A DNA stretch of 64,000 nucleotides, from NCBI GenBank assembly GCA_037441285.1, contig JBBISL010000005.1:1-64000 (forward strand), given 5' to 3'. Position 1 is the stretch's first letter. Every line of letters begins with the position of its first letter. Below the pieces are notes generated by a model. It was not told the DNA's origin. It searched no databases and was given only the letters and a program-made list of their open reading frames with translations. Positions 20,226 to 29,994 of the stretch are shown here, piece by piece. Both the position numbers and the translations under genes were made by a program. This DNA comes from a candidate division WOR-3 bacterium. Its GTDB lineage: Bacteria > Hydrothermota > Tepidihabitantia > Tepidihabitantales > Tepidihabitantaceae.

Positions 20226-22979
20226 TTATCTGAGGACCATCTTGGCGGTTGCGCTCAGGGTGTTAGACCCATTTGTTGCCCGAATGAGATAGATACCGGA
20301 TGGCAGGTTCTGACAGTTGAGGGTAAGCCGGTTTGATGTGGTGGTGAACTCCTGACACAGTCTGCCGGTCCGGTCGTAAATGGCGATAATGGTCTTTTCG
20401 TTGAACGGTTTGTTCAGTTCAATCGTGGTCAGATTTGTTGCCGGGTTGGGGTAGAGGTTAAGGGTTAACTTATGTGAAACCGGGCGGATGACAACCGGTT
20501 CCGCAACACCGGGTCCGGCTTCCGGGCTCATATAGCACCAGAATTCGTTGGTCTTGTTGCCTTTGAGCGCGAAGAAGATGCCGTTGCCCATTCCGGTGAT
20601 GGCACCACCGGCTTTGACCCGCTTCTTTCTCTCGCTTGAGCCGAGCGCGGGGATGGTGTCCAGTTCCTCCCAGCGGTTTTCCTGGGGGAAGAAGCGCCAG
20701 AATTCACAGGTGTTGCCGCCTTTCAGGCAGTACATCGCATTGTTCCACCAGACACCACCAGCACCGTCTTTGACCTTTTTCTGTCTGCCGGACCTGCCCG
20801 CGAGCGGGAAGCGCTGGAATGTGGTGGTGAGCCAGCGCAGTGAGTCGGTGTCAAAACCAAAAACCTCGTTGTATTTTGCCTTGACCGCATAGATGGTGTG
20901 GCTGCCGTCATAGACGATGAATGAACCGTCCTTATAGGAGTTTTTGCCCGATGGTCCGAGCGGGGCAGAAGGCAGTGCTTCCCAGGAGTCGGCGGCGATG
21001 TCGTAGCGGTAGAATTCGTTGCGGTAGCCTTTCAGGAGGTAGACATAGCCGTTGTTGCGGTGGACAGCATAGGCGAGATAGGAGCCGCCTTTTATGGCTT
21101 TGCGCGAGGGTCCGAGGGGCACCGGTTTCAGGGCGTGCCAGGAGTCGGCAACCACATCGTAGCGCAGGAAGTCGGGCTGGGAGTTGCCCTTGAGCGCATA
21201 GATGTAGCGGTTGTGGTCGGTGGCGAGGGCACCGCCTTTGTAAACCGGTTTGCTATTGGAGCCCAAAGGCAGAGATTGGAGAAGACGCCAGGAGTCGGTT
21301 TCGATGTTGTAGGCGAGGAATTCGTCGGTTTTGTTGCCGCGGAGCGCATAGACCGTGTTGCCGATGAGGGTTAAGGCACCGCCGTTTTTCACCGCTTTGG
21401 CACCGGTGGGTAATGAAGCCATCTCCTGCCAGCCAACAAGAATCGGGGTCCGGACGATAACGGTCTTTTCCTGCCAATCGTTAGAGGATTCAAGGTCACC
21501 AGTCAGGGCGGTGGAGCAACGGACAAGGTAGGTGCCGCGGCTTGCCTGCCAGACCGGGAATGTGACCAGCGCGGTTTCCGCGGGCTCAAGTGCCGGGCAG
21601 ATTGCCGAGTCGTAATAGGCACGGGTACCGCCGCGGAAGACCGAGAAGAAGATTTTGAAGTTGGTTTCGGAAAAGGTACCGAAGTTGACGATTTTCGCGG
21701 AGGGGGTGATGTTGCCCGGGGGCGCGGTGTCGGATGGTGAAACAATTTGCTCGACCCCAACATCGTGGATTGGGGAGCGGACGGTAAATGATGAGGAGAC
21801 AAGGTCGTTTTCCGGGTTGAGGTCACGCTCAGCCCAGACCCGAAGGATGGTGTTGTAGGTACCGGGTGGAGTGGCAATCCAGGAGGAGAAACTGACGGTA
21901 TCAGTTTGAGTGGCATTAAGAGGAGCGTTGACCGAGTCGGAGTAGACCGGACTGCCAAAGAACAGGATGTCAAAGTAGGCTTTGACCGTTACCGGATTGG
22001 TGGTGTTGTTTTTGATGACACCGCGCGGGATGACATTGGTGGTTTCCATAACCGAACCAGCCGGAGCGAGTATTAAGAGGGCGGCGACATCGTTGAAGAA
22101 GGGCGGTTTGACAAACACCCGGCGGAAGGCGGTGTCGTTTTCCGGATTCAGGTCACCGGGCAAAAGGGTCTGGAATTGGGCATAGACGATGCCCGCAGTG
22201 TCGGCAGGATAAGAGCGAAATGTTAAGGTTGCCGATTCACCCGGGGCAAGGTCTTGAGTCCAGACGCTGTCCTGGTAGTTGCCAATGGTAAGTCTGGTCC
22301 AGAATGAGCCGGTGCCGTTTGAAGGGTTGATAACCTGGCAGCGTGGGGTGACCATCGCGCCCGAGTCCACGGTATCGGTGGGAACGAGGATGCGCAGGAT
22401 GCCAACATCAGTTGCCCGGCGTGTGCCGGTGATGGAAACATCGTCAACCACGAAGTAGGTTAATCCGCTATCTTCGGTGGCGATGCTGAAGGCGATGCGC
22501 ACGGTGCGCTGGTTTGGTGCCCAGGACAGGTCATAGGTTCGGAGCCCGGGTTCAACGGTTTGACCGGTCAGGTTGGCGATTTCAATGTTGTAGTTGACAC
22601 CGGAGTCGGTTGAGGCGAGGATACGGGTTTCATGGTAACCGGTGCCCGGAACAAATCCGAGCGAACAGCGGAGCACGACATTCTCGCAACCGGTGAAGTC
22701 AAGGACCGGGGTGATAAGCATATCGATGTCGGTTTCACCCGGACCAAGCGCGGCATAGGGTGTTGAATTGTCGGGCCACGGGTGGAAGCCCAGGTCCGGA
22801 GCGCGGTGCCAGTCGTTGGTGCTGGTGTCACCGGCAAAAAGAATTGACCAGCCCGATGGTGGGTTGAGGGTGTTCCAGGGGGAGTTGAAGTTTTCACTGA
22901 AGAGGGTCTGGCTTGCGAGCGGTGAAACACCGGCTAACAACAAGGATAAAATTAAAAGAGCACAACGACAGGTTTTCAT
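20226..22979 (-). CDS. T9SS-type secreted protein: MAM/cleaved-adhesin-like domain, three CARDB/Ig repeats, Kelch-like propeller, CTD
   Basis: Signal peptide; FSENF..P.GW...LITP.LD; DV...I..P repeats; KGGNTCEFW, KKRVKAGG; YPNP...LPSGIY. SD AGGAGG. Confidence 0.85.
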   Translation of the reverse strand: MKTCRCALLILSLLLAGVSPLASQTLFSENFNSPWNTLNPPSGWSILFAGDTSTNDWHRAPDLGFHPWPDNSTPYAALGPGETDIDMLITPVLDFTGCENVVLRCSLGFVPGTGYHETRILASTDSGVNYNIEIANLTGQTVEPGLRTYDLSWAPNQRTVRIAFSIATEDSGLTYFVVDDVSITGTRRATDVGILRILVPTDTVDSGAMVTPRCQVINPSNGTGSFWTRLTIGNYQDSVWTQDLAPGESATLTFRSYPADTAGIVYAQFQTLLPGDLNPENDTAFRRVFVKPPFFNDVAALLILAPAGSVMETTNVIPRGVIKNNTTNPVTVKAYFDILFFGSPVYSDSVNAPLNATQTDTVSFSSWIATPPGTYNTILRVWAERDLNPENDLVSSSFTVRSPIHDVGVEQIVSPSDTAPPGNITPSAKIVNFGTFSETNFKIFFSVFRGGTRAYYDSAICPALEPAETALVTFPVWQASRGTYLVRCSTALTGDLESSNDWQEKTVIVRTPILVGWQEMASLPTGAKAVKNGGALTLIGNTVYALRGNKTDEFLAYNIETDSWRLLQSLPLGSNSKPVYKGGALATDHNRYIYALKGNSQPDFLRYDVVADSWHALKPVPLGPSRKAIKGGSYLAYAVHRNNGYVYLLKGYRNEFYRYDIAADSWEALPSAPLGPSGKNSYKDGSFIVYDGSHTIYAVKAKYNEVFGFDTDSLRWLTTTFQRFPLAGRSGRQKKVKDGAGGVWWNNAMYCLKGGNTCEFWRFFPQENRWEELDTIPALGSSERKKRVKAGGAITGMGNGIFFALKGNKTNEFWCYMSPEAGPGVAEPVVIRPVSHKLTLNLYPNPATNLTTIELNKPFNEKTIIAIYDRTGRLCQEFTTTSNRLTLNCQNLPSGIYLIRATNGSNTLSATAKMVLR

Positions 22980-23042
22980 TAGAAACCTCCTTTAAGTTTT
23001 CTTTACCACGCGAACCCGTCGCACCCATTTCGGGCGCAGAAA

Positions 23043-23126
23043 ATGATAGACCGTTTTTGGGCTTTTGTCAATCAGCACAATTGAGCCGTGCCGATGCTTG
23101 ACAAAAGGAAAATATTTATTTAAGGT
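23043..23126. promoter_or_regulatory. divergent sigma70 promoters
   Basis: Minus strand: TTGACA (23071-23066), 17 bp, TATCAT. Plus strand: TTGACA (23098-23103), 17 bp, TAAGGT. Confidence 0.6.
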
Positions 23127-23250
23127 TAATATGTTGTTAACTATGTTGTGGGCGAAATTTCTCGGAAGAGTCCGAGAATGGGACCGAATTAGTGATAATT
23201 TATGACAAGGAAGGCACGGCATGCCGTGCCCGGAAAAAAGGAGGCAAACT

Positions 23251-24258
23251 GTGCGGAAAGAAGGTGTAAGTGGTCGCGTGCTGGTGGCGGCCAGCCTGAT
23301 GTTTGTTATCATCGGGATTTTTGGATGTGGCCGGATGCCGCCAGCCGGATTCTGGAAACCGGATGCCGCCGATTCCGCGGCGATTCGGGATGTGGTGCTG
23401 GCGAACAAGGAACTCCTCGAGATGCGGTTTACCGAGGACAGTTTCCAGAGCTTAGAATGGGTGATTGCCGAGTCAATCGTCAAGAAGGCGATTAAGGACA
23501 ATCCGTTCAAGATGCGGTTTAAGTGCGACTCGTTGCAGCACATCTTTTTCACCGACTCCATCAAGTTCAACTTCACTTTTGTCGCGGTTGCCGATACCGC
23601 AACCAAGGAGACAACGGCAACGGTTACTGTGGTGGAGACGATACCGGGTGTGTTGCGGTTGCACGCCTTTACCTACACCCGTTTTGTCAAGGAGTCGTTG
23701 ATTGTCACGCCCTCGGAGACGATTCGGCTACCTTATCACGATACGGTGTTCACCGACACTTCAATGCTGGTGGAGAAACCGCTACACGGTGTTGTGACCG
23801 GGGGCTGTGTTTTGCGCAAGGAGTCGGGCGAGTGGCGGCTCTGGAAATTGGCAGGTGGTCAGCGGTTTTATGCGCCGAATCCAGACGATGCGCCCTATCT
23901 TGCCGCGGTTTATCTGACCAATGGGGTGCGCGAGGACACCATCGCCTTAAGACCTGATACGCTCCAGTTCGGAATGCAAAGGCTTTACGAGTATCCGGAT
24001 GGGCTTTTGACCTATCAGGTGGGCGACACGGTTTGGGTCCGGGCGCTTTTGACCGCGATGACCGATGCGAACAACTTTGTTTTTTATAAAGGCAAACGGT
24101 ACCGGATGACCACCACCAATCGGCTCGCCCTGACTGAAACCGGGGTGCAACGGCTGTTTGTTGAACAGATTCCTTTTGGCGTGTTTTATGAAGCCGGCGG
24201 CGAGTTGAATGCGGTGGTCTGGGGTATTCCGTTTCAGGTTAAAGGAGGCGGGCAATGA
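23251..24258 (+). CDS. lipoprotein of unknown function, first gene of the TonB-dependent receptor operon
   Basis: GTG 23251 follows SD AGGAGG; lipobox IFGC; stop overlaps the receptor start. Confidence 0.75.
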   Translation: MRKEGVSGRVLVAASLMFVIIGIFGCGRMPPAGFWKPDAADSAAIRDVVLANKELLEMRFTEDSFQSLEWVIAESIVKKAIKDNPFKMRFKCDSLQHIFFTDSIKFNFTFVAVADTATKETTATVTVVETIPGVLRLHAFTYTRFVKESLIVTPSETIRLPYHDTVFTDTSMLVEKPLHGVVTGGCVLRKESGEWRLWKLAGGQRFYAPNPDDAPYLAAVYLTNGVREDTIALRPDTLQFGMQRLYEYPDGLLTYQVGDTVWVRALLTAMTDANNFVFYKGKRYRMTTTNRLALTETGVQRLFVEQIPFGVFYEAGGELNAVVWGIPFQVKGGGQ

Positions 24259-27086
24259 GGAAGATAGGTTTAACAGCGCTTATCCTTTTGCTCACGGTGA
24301 GCAGCACCTTTGCCGGGGTTGTCGGAAGAATCCGGGGTCGGGTTACCGATAAGAAGACCCGGGAACCCTTAATCGGCGTTAATGTGGTTGTGGTCGGGAC
24401 CGAGTTCGGTGCGGCAACCGATGTTAACGGCGAGTATGAGATTATCAATATCCCACCCGGCAGGTACAAACTCACCGCATCTTATGTCGGTTACAATGAG
24501 ATGACCGTAACCGATGTTTTGGTGGTACAGGACAATGTGACGATTGTCGATTTTCAGTTGAGCCAGACCGCGATTGAGGTTGGACCGGTTGAGGTTAAGG
24601 CGGAAAGACCTTTGGTTAACCGGGGTCAGGTTACGGTTGAGCGCATCATCACCGACGAAGAGTTTAAGCGTCTGCCGGTGGTGCAGCTGTCCGAACTGGT
24701 CGGGATGCAAGCCGGTGTGACCCAAACCGCAGGCCGGGGCTGGACCCATATCCGGGGCGGCAGGTATGACGATGTCGCCTATTTAGTGGACGGGGTTGCG
24801 GCGCAGGATGCGGTGGTTGGGACCCTGTGGTCAAGCCCGAAGCCGACTTCGGATGCGCTGGCATCGGTGGTCGTGATTACCGGTGGTTTTGATGCCGAGT
24901 ATGGCCAGGCGATGTCCGGTATCATCAAGGCGGTGACCAAGGAAGGTGGTAGCACAACTCAGGGTCGGGTGCGCTATATCACCGATGAGGTTTTTCCGAA
25001 GGATGATTTGAACTTCGGTTACAACCGGTTGACCTTATCGTTAGGTGGACCTTTGGGCTGGAACCGGCTGCGCTACTTTCTTTCAACCGAGTACTTTAAG
25101 ACCGATGACGACCGGAACTGCCTGTACAAGGTGCCGTCCCCGCGCGGTGAGTATGCGGTTGAAGGGAAGTTGACCCTGCAGATGCCCAAGGAGTTCTTTT
25201 TGACGAAAGAAGGGATGAAGTGGACACTCGATGGCCACCACTCCAACTATCAGTGGCAGGCGTTTGCCAACTCCTACAAGTTCTGGCAGAAGGGACTTTA
25301 TGCCAACCGGGTGCGGTCTTATAAGGGTAACCTGACTTTGAACCATATGCTTTCGCCGACACTGGTTTATGAGGCGAAGGTCGGGTTTTTCCAGACTTCA
25401 CTGATTCGAACGGTGCGCAACTTCTATGCCGAACAGGCGGACACGACCGGGTTCTGGGGATTTTTGCGCAAGACCGGAATCTGGGACCGGTACTGGTTCC
25501 GGGCGGAAGACTGGGTTTTCAACAATCCTGAGGGCTTGAGCAAGAAGGAGGCGGTGCTGCAGTTGTACCGCTCTTACTGGCTGGCACCGAACGGTGACAC
25601 GGTCTACGCTTATCCAGAGCAGAAAAAGAACTTTGTACCGGCTTATGCGCTGATTGACAACCCGTACGGTGTTGCCGGGCTGTTTGTTACCGAAGGGGAT
25701 AACCGAACCTGGCACTACCGGGCAACTAATAACTACATATTCAAGTTTGACCTGACCAAAACTGTGTCCAAGGTGCACGAGTTGAAGACCGGTGTGGACA
25801 TCACGCAGTACTCGGTGTCAATGTACGACAACTCACTGCCCTGGGACCAGAACCCGTTCTGGGATGCCTACAACTACAAGCCCCTGGTTGCGGCGGCTTA
25901 CATTCAGGACCGGGCAGATTTTGAGGACCTGGTGGTGCGCGCTGGAGTGCGGTTTGACTATCTCGACGCCAAGGCAAAGGTCCGGGCATTTCCCGAATCG
26001 CTTGGCTCGACACCGAACATCTCCGACTCGTTTTTGCCGGTGCCGCCCAAGTACCGGTTGTCGCCGCGACTGGGAATCTCTTATCCGATTACGGAACGGG
26101 TGAAGTTCCGGTTTTCTTACGGGCACTTCTTTAAGAACCCGGTGTTCGCCAACCTGTATGAGTATGCGGAGCGGCCCGCAGCAGAGTTACGCGGTCGGGG
26201 TAATATAATCGTTGGTAACGCCAATATGGGTGCGGAGAAGACCATCGCCTACGAACTCGGGTTTGATGCCCAGTTGAGCGATGTGTTTGCGTTTGATGTG
26301 ACCGCATTCTACAAGGATGTGTTTGACCTGTCCGGAGTACGGGTGGTTTCGGCACTGCCTCAGCCCTACACGATGTACTACAATGTCGAGTATGCCCGGA
26401 TTCAGGGTTTTGAGGCGACAATGACCAAGGCGCTGGCGAACTACTGGAATGCCCAGATTGGCTACACCTTCCAGATTGCCAAGGGTACCGCATCAACCGC
26501 AACCGACCAGTATCAGCGGGAGACACCGATGCAGGTTGACTACTACCTGGACCAGGACCAGCGCCATTCGCTGCACGGTAACATCGGATTGTCATTCCCA
26601 TCGGACTTTGCGTTTGCGGTGCTGCGCGACTTCAACTGGTCCGCGGTTGCGTCTTATGCCTCGGGTCTGCCTTATACGCCAACCGACTTAAAGGGCAACC
26701 GGACCGGGGCGGATAACTCGGCGCGGATGCCGGGCAGTTTCACCGTGGATACCAGATTGAATAAGGACATCAAATTGGGTGGGCTCACCCTTTCCCTCTC
26801 CTGCGACATCACGAACCTGTTGAATGCGGCGGTGGTGACAAGTGTTTATTCGGCAACCGGCAAACCGGACTTTGATGGTCAGGTGTACACGCCGGAGCAG
26901 TTTTCACCCGGTATCAGATTCGGTGACCTGTACTACCATCCGGCGCGGGACTTTGACCATGACGGCTATCTGACGCGCAACGAACTGTACCAGTCTTATC
27001 TGCGTGCCCGCGAGGACTATGTCAAGGCTCCGACTTACTACGGACCATCACGCAAGATTCGGTTCGGGATAAGTCTGTCATTCTAA
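24255..27086 (+). CDS. TonB-dependent receptor with N-terminal carboxypeptidase-regulatory-like domain
   Basis: G.I.G.VTD..T.EPLIG; plug motifs HIRGGR, YLVDG, TGGFDAEYG.AMSG; SPRLGISYP; terminal aromatic ISLSF. Confidence 0.93.
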   Translation: MRKIGLTALILLLTVSSTFAGVVGRIRGRVTDKKTREPLIGVNVVVVGTEFGAATDVNGEYEIINIPPGRYKLTASYVGYNEMTVTDVLVVQDNVTIVDFQLSQTAIEVGPVEVKAERPLVNRGQVTVERIITDEEFKRLPVVQLSELVGMQAGVTQTAGRGWTHIRGGRYDDVAYLVDGVAAQDAVVGTLWSSPKPTSDALASVVVITGGFDAEYGQAMSGIIKAVTKEGGSTTQGRVRYITDEVFPKDDLNFGYNRLTLSLGGPLGWNRLRYFLSTEYFKTDDDRNCLYKVPSPRGEYAVEGKLTLQMPKEFFLTKEGMKWTLDGHHSNYQWQAFANSYKFWQKGLYANRVRSYKGNLTLNHMLSPTLVYEAKVGFFQTSLIRTVRNFYAEQADTTGFWGFLRKTGIWDRYWFRAEDWVFNNPEGLSKKEAVLQLYRSYWLAPNGDTVYAYPEQKKNFVPAYALIDNPYGVAGLFVTEGDNRTWHYRATNNYIFKFDLTKTVSKVHELKTGVDITQYSVSMYDNSLPWDQNPFWDAYNYKPLVAAAYIQDRADFEDLVVRAGVRFDYLDAKAKVRAFPESLGSTPNISDSFLPVPPKYRLSPRLGISYPITERVKFRFSYGHFFKNPVFANLYEYAERPAAELRGRGNIIVGNANMGAEKTIAYELGFDAQLSDVFAFDVTAFYKDVFDLSGVRVVSALPQPYTMYYNVEYARIQGFEATMTKALANYWNAQIGYTFQIAKGTASTATDQYQRETPMQVDYYLDQDQRHSLHGNIGLSFPSDFAFAVLRDFNWSAVASYASGLPYTPTDLKGNRTGADNSARMPGSFTVDTRLNKDIKLGGLTLSLSCDITNLLNAAVVTSVYSATGKPDFDGQVYTPEQFSPGIRFGDLYYHPARDFDHDGYLTRNELYQSYLRAREDYVKAPTYYGPSRKIRFGISLSF

Positions 27087-27097
27087 GGGAGGAAGAA

Positions 27098-29980
27098 GTG
27101 AAACGACGAATCTTTTCTTCGGTAATTGTACTTCTCGCACTTTTCGGGGTCTGGGAATGGGCAAGCGCAAAGGCGATAAAACCAGTTCCCCGGGGTAAGC
27201 GCATCTATGATATGAAGTGGCTGAACATCAATCGCTGGAAGTGTCCGTTTTACAATGACGGGCGCTACGGGATTGATGTCACGGTGGGCACGGGAGTGGC
27301 AGGCGGTTCCTGGCCCCAGCCACTGCACAACTGCTACATCTTCGGTGCCGGGATGTGGTTTGGTTCGCTCAAACCCCGCGCCGATGGCAAGGTGGATACC
27401 CTGGTGTCGTTCGGTTACAACCCGAACTCCGGAGGCACCGAGATGACACCAACCACGGTGAAGAATGTGGCAGAGGGTGCGGGCAGTCCGGATGACCGGA
27501 TTTTTGTCTATCCGAGTGACTGGCCCCCAAGTCCGCGCAGTCGCTGGGAAACGGGCGACCCGAGAATGGACTCAATTTTGATACCGTATGAGGCGTTCTC
27601 GCTCCAGGATATGTGGTGCGTCTATTCGGATGCGGCACCGGAGAACCACATCGCACCGGGTAAACCGCAGAATATCGATGTTTATCAGGTGGTGTACGCC
27701 TGGAACTATCCCTCTAATCAGGACATCTTCTTCATCCTGTACTATGTGCGCAATTCCGGAGACGACACACTGAAGCGTTGCTTTATCGGCGCAGTGATGG
27801 ACCCGGATATCGGTGACGCAACGGATGATATGGTGGGGTTCATTCTGAACGATTCAATTCCGGGTGCGGGCTGGGTGAAGAATGTCGGTTATGCGGGCGA
27901 CAACGACAATGTGGAGAGTCCGGGTACGACATGGGAGTCAGGCACGCCGGGCGTTTTTGCCTATAAGTTCCTCGACAGCCCGAAACGGGATTCAGTTACA
28001 CCTTCCGGTGATACAATCGAGATTCCGCTCGGGATGACGGCGTTTAAGAAGTTTACGATTGACATCGACCCGGTTACAGACCCGGCACAGTATCTGACGA
28101 TGGCGGGCTATGACTACCGGACCGGTGTTTATTCGGCGTTCGATTCGGTTGATGTTACGCCAGCGGATAAGCGGTTTATTCAGTGTTCCGGACCGTTTGA
28201 TTTGGCACCAGGTCAGGTGGAGCGGTTGGTGGTGGCAGCGATTGGTGCGCCGTTTGGCGGACCAAATCAGCCCTGGGCAAACAGACCAAAGGATTCGCTG
28301 GTTCATCTTGCCCAGGTGGCGAATGCGGCGCAGTTTATCTTTGACCAGGGATGGCTTTTGCCCGGTCCACCGGTTTCACCGAACATAACCCTGATTCCGG
28401 GTGATAAAGTGGTAAGGATTGTCTGGGACGACCTGCCCGAGCGGACGCCAGACCGTTACTGGGAGAAGGTGGCGTCGCAACCCGGTCCTGGTTATGACCC
28501 GATGTATCGGGGTTACGACTTTCAGGGTTATGTGGTTTATAAGTCAAGGGACGGTGCGAACTGGCAGATTTTAGGGCAGTGTGACCTAATTGACTCAATC
28601 ACCTTTTCGTATCCGCCCGGGGGCGATTCAACCCAGCCCGACTCTTTGTGGATTAACGCGACCGATAACGGTGTTTACTACACGCTGGTTGATAAGGATG
28701 TGATAAATGGGTTTAAGTACTACTACTGCGTCACCGCTTATGACTGGAACTACATTACAACCGAGAAGGATTCGCTGGGCAACCCGATCAAGTGGGATAC
28801 GCTGATTCTGCGCTCGGGTATCGTTTCCAACTTCTCAACAGTTCCCCGCTGGGAGCCGGTGAACTATGTTGCGCCTGAGGCACAGGTGGAACGGGTGGTT
28901 GGTGATTCTATCAATCCAGCGCTGGTTTGTTCAACCACGGTGGTGGTGCCGTTTAAGGTGACAAGCGATGTTTACGAGTTAAGGTTCCTGGGTCCGAGCT
29001 GGACCGGTTCGAGTGCCAAAGCCCTTTACTCCTATTATGTGGTCAATACGAGCCGGGGTGATTCGCTAATTGGCGACACCAGTTCGTTCACCTATACAAT
29101 CGCCACTTCACCAACAACCGCATCAATTCAGGTGCCGGTGTTGAATGGCCAGGCGTTGCAGATGAAGATGAGGATGAAAATCCCGACCGCACCGTTTGAT
29201 GGGGTGAGCGTGGTGAGCGGTAGCTATCCGGCAGAGTCGTTGAAGGTTGGAGGAGCACCTTCTCAGGCGTACTGGGCGTTCCGCGGTTCGGACTATCGGA
29301 TTGAATGGATGAACAATGGCGGTTATTTGACCGCGAAGGTTTACGATGTGACCAACGGTGATATTGAGGTGCCTTTTGCGAAGTTCACAACTACCGGCAC
29401 CGGTCCGCAGAATGCCAATGGCTGGTGTTTTGTTGACCGGGCGTTCCGCAATCCGACCGACACGCTCAAAGGAACGGTGGCGAGCATCTATATCTGCGGT
29501 GGTTATCTCGGGCTCAAGCCGTCCGGAGACTCGTTGCGCGGGCTTTTGAGTTCAATCAATGATGGTGATGTGTGGAGTGTTGTTGGACATCGCGCCGAAG
29601 GTGCGGCGCCCTACTTCAATGTGTTCCGAATCAGCGCGACACCGGGTTATACCGATACGACCACCAAGCAGAAGTTGATGGTGAAGGTTGTACCGAACCC
29701 GTACATCGTGTTCAATGTCTGGGAAAAGACATCAGAGCAGCGGGTGATTAAGTTTACCCATCTGCCCGGCACCTGCACGATAAGAATCTTCACAACCGCG
29801 GGTGACCTGTTGAAGGTGATTGAGCACAAGGACACGAAGAATCAGCCGCTGGATGAGGGTGGAACCGCAACCTGGGATTTGATTAACGACTACGGACAGT
29901 TGATTGCTCCGGGTGTTTACATCTTTCATGTGGAATCGCCGGTGGGTGAGTTTACCGGTAAGTTCATGGTCATCCATTAA
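27098..29980 (+). CDS. large secreted protein with an FN3-like segment and a T9SS/FlgD-Ig-like CTD
   Basis: Signal peptide; DFQGY.VYKS...NGFKYYYCVTAYD; C-terminal VVPNPY...WDL....GQLIAPGVY...KFMVIH. Confidence 0.8.
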   Translation: MKRRIFSSVIVLLALFGVWEWASAKAIKPVPRGKRIYDMKWLNINRWKCPFYNDGRYGIDVTVGTGVAGGSWPQPLHNCYIFGAGMWFGSLKPRADGKVDTLVSFGYNPNSGGTEMTPTTVKNVAEGAGSPDDRIFVYPSDWPPSPRSRWETGDPRMDSILIPYEAFSLQDMWCVYSDAAPENHIAPGKPQNIDVYQVVYAWNYPSNQDIFFILYYVRNSGDDTLKRCFIGAVMDPDIGDATDDMVGFILNDSIPGAGWVKNVGYAGDNDNVESPGTTWESGTPGVFAYKFLDSPKRDSVTPSGDTIEIPLGMTAFKKFTIDIDPVTDPAQYLTMAGYDYRTGVYSAFDSVDVTPADKRFIQCSGPFDLAPGQVERLVVAAIGAPFGGPNQPWANRPKDSLVHLAQVANAAQFIFDQGWLLPGPPVSPNITLIPGDKVVRIVWDDLPERTPDRYWEKVASQPGPGYDPMYRGYDFQGYVVYKSRDGANWQILGQCDLIDSITFSYPPGGDSTQPDSLWINATDNGVYYTLVDKDVINGFKYYYCVTAYDWNYITTEKDSLGNPIKWDTLILRSGIVSNFSTVPRWEPVNYVAPEAQVERVVGDSINPALVCSTTVVVPFKVTSDVYELRFLGPSWTGSSAKALYSYYVVNTSRGDSLIGDTSSFTYTIATSPTTASIQVPVLNGQALQMKMRMKIPTAPFDGVSVVSGSYPAESLKVGGAPSQAYWAFRGSDYRIEWMNNGGYLTAKVYDVTNGDIEVPFAKFTTTGTGPQNANGWCFVDRAFRNPTDTLKGTVASIYICGGYLGLKPSGDSLRGLLSSINDGDVWSVVGHRAEGAAPYFNVFRISATPGYTDTTTKQKLMVKVVPNPYIVFNVWEKTSEQRVIKFTHLPGTCTIRIFTTAGDLLKVIEHKDTKNQPLDEGGTATWDLINDYGQLIAPGVYIFHVESPVGEFTGKFMVIH

Positions 29981-29994
29981 GAGGGAGGTGAAGG

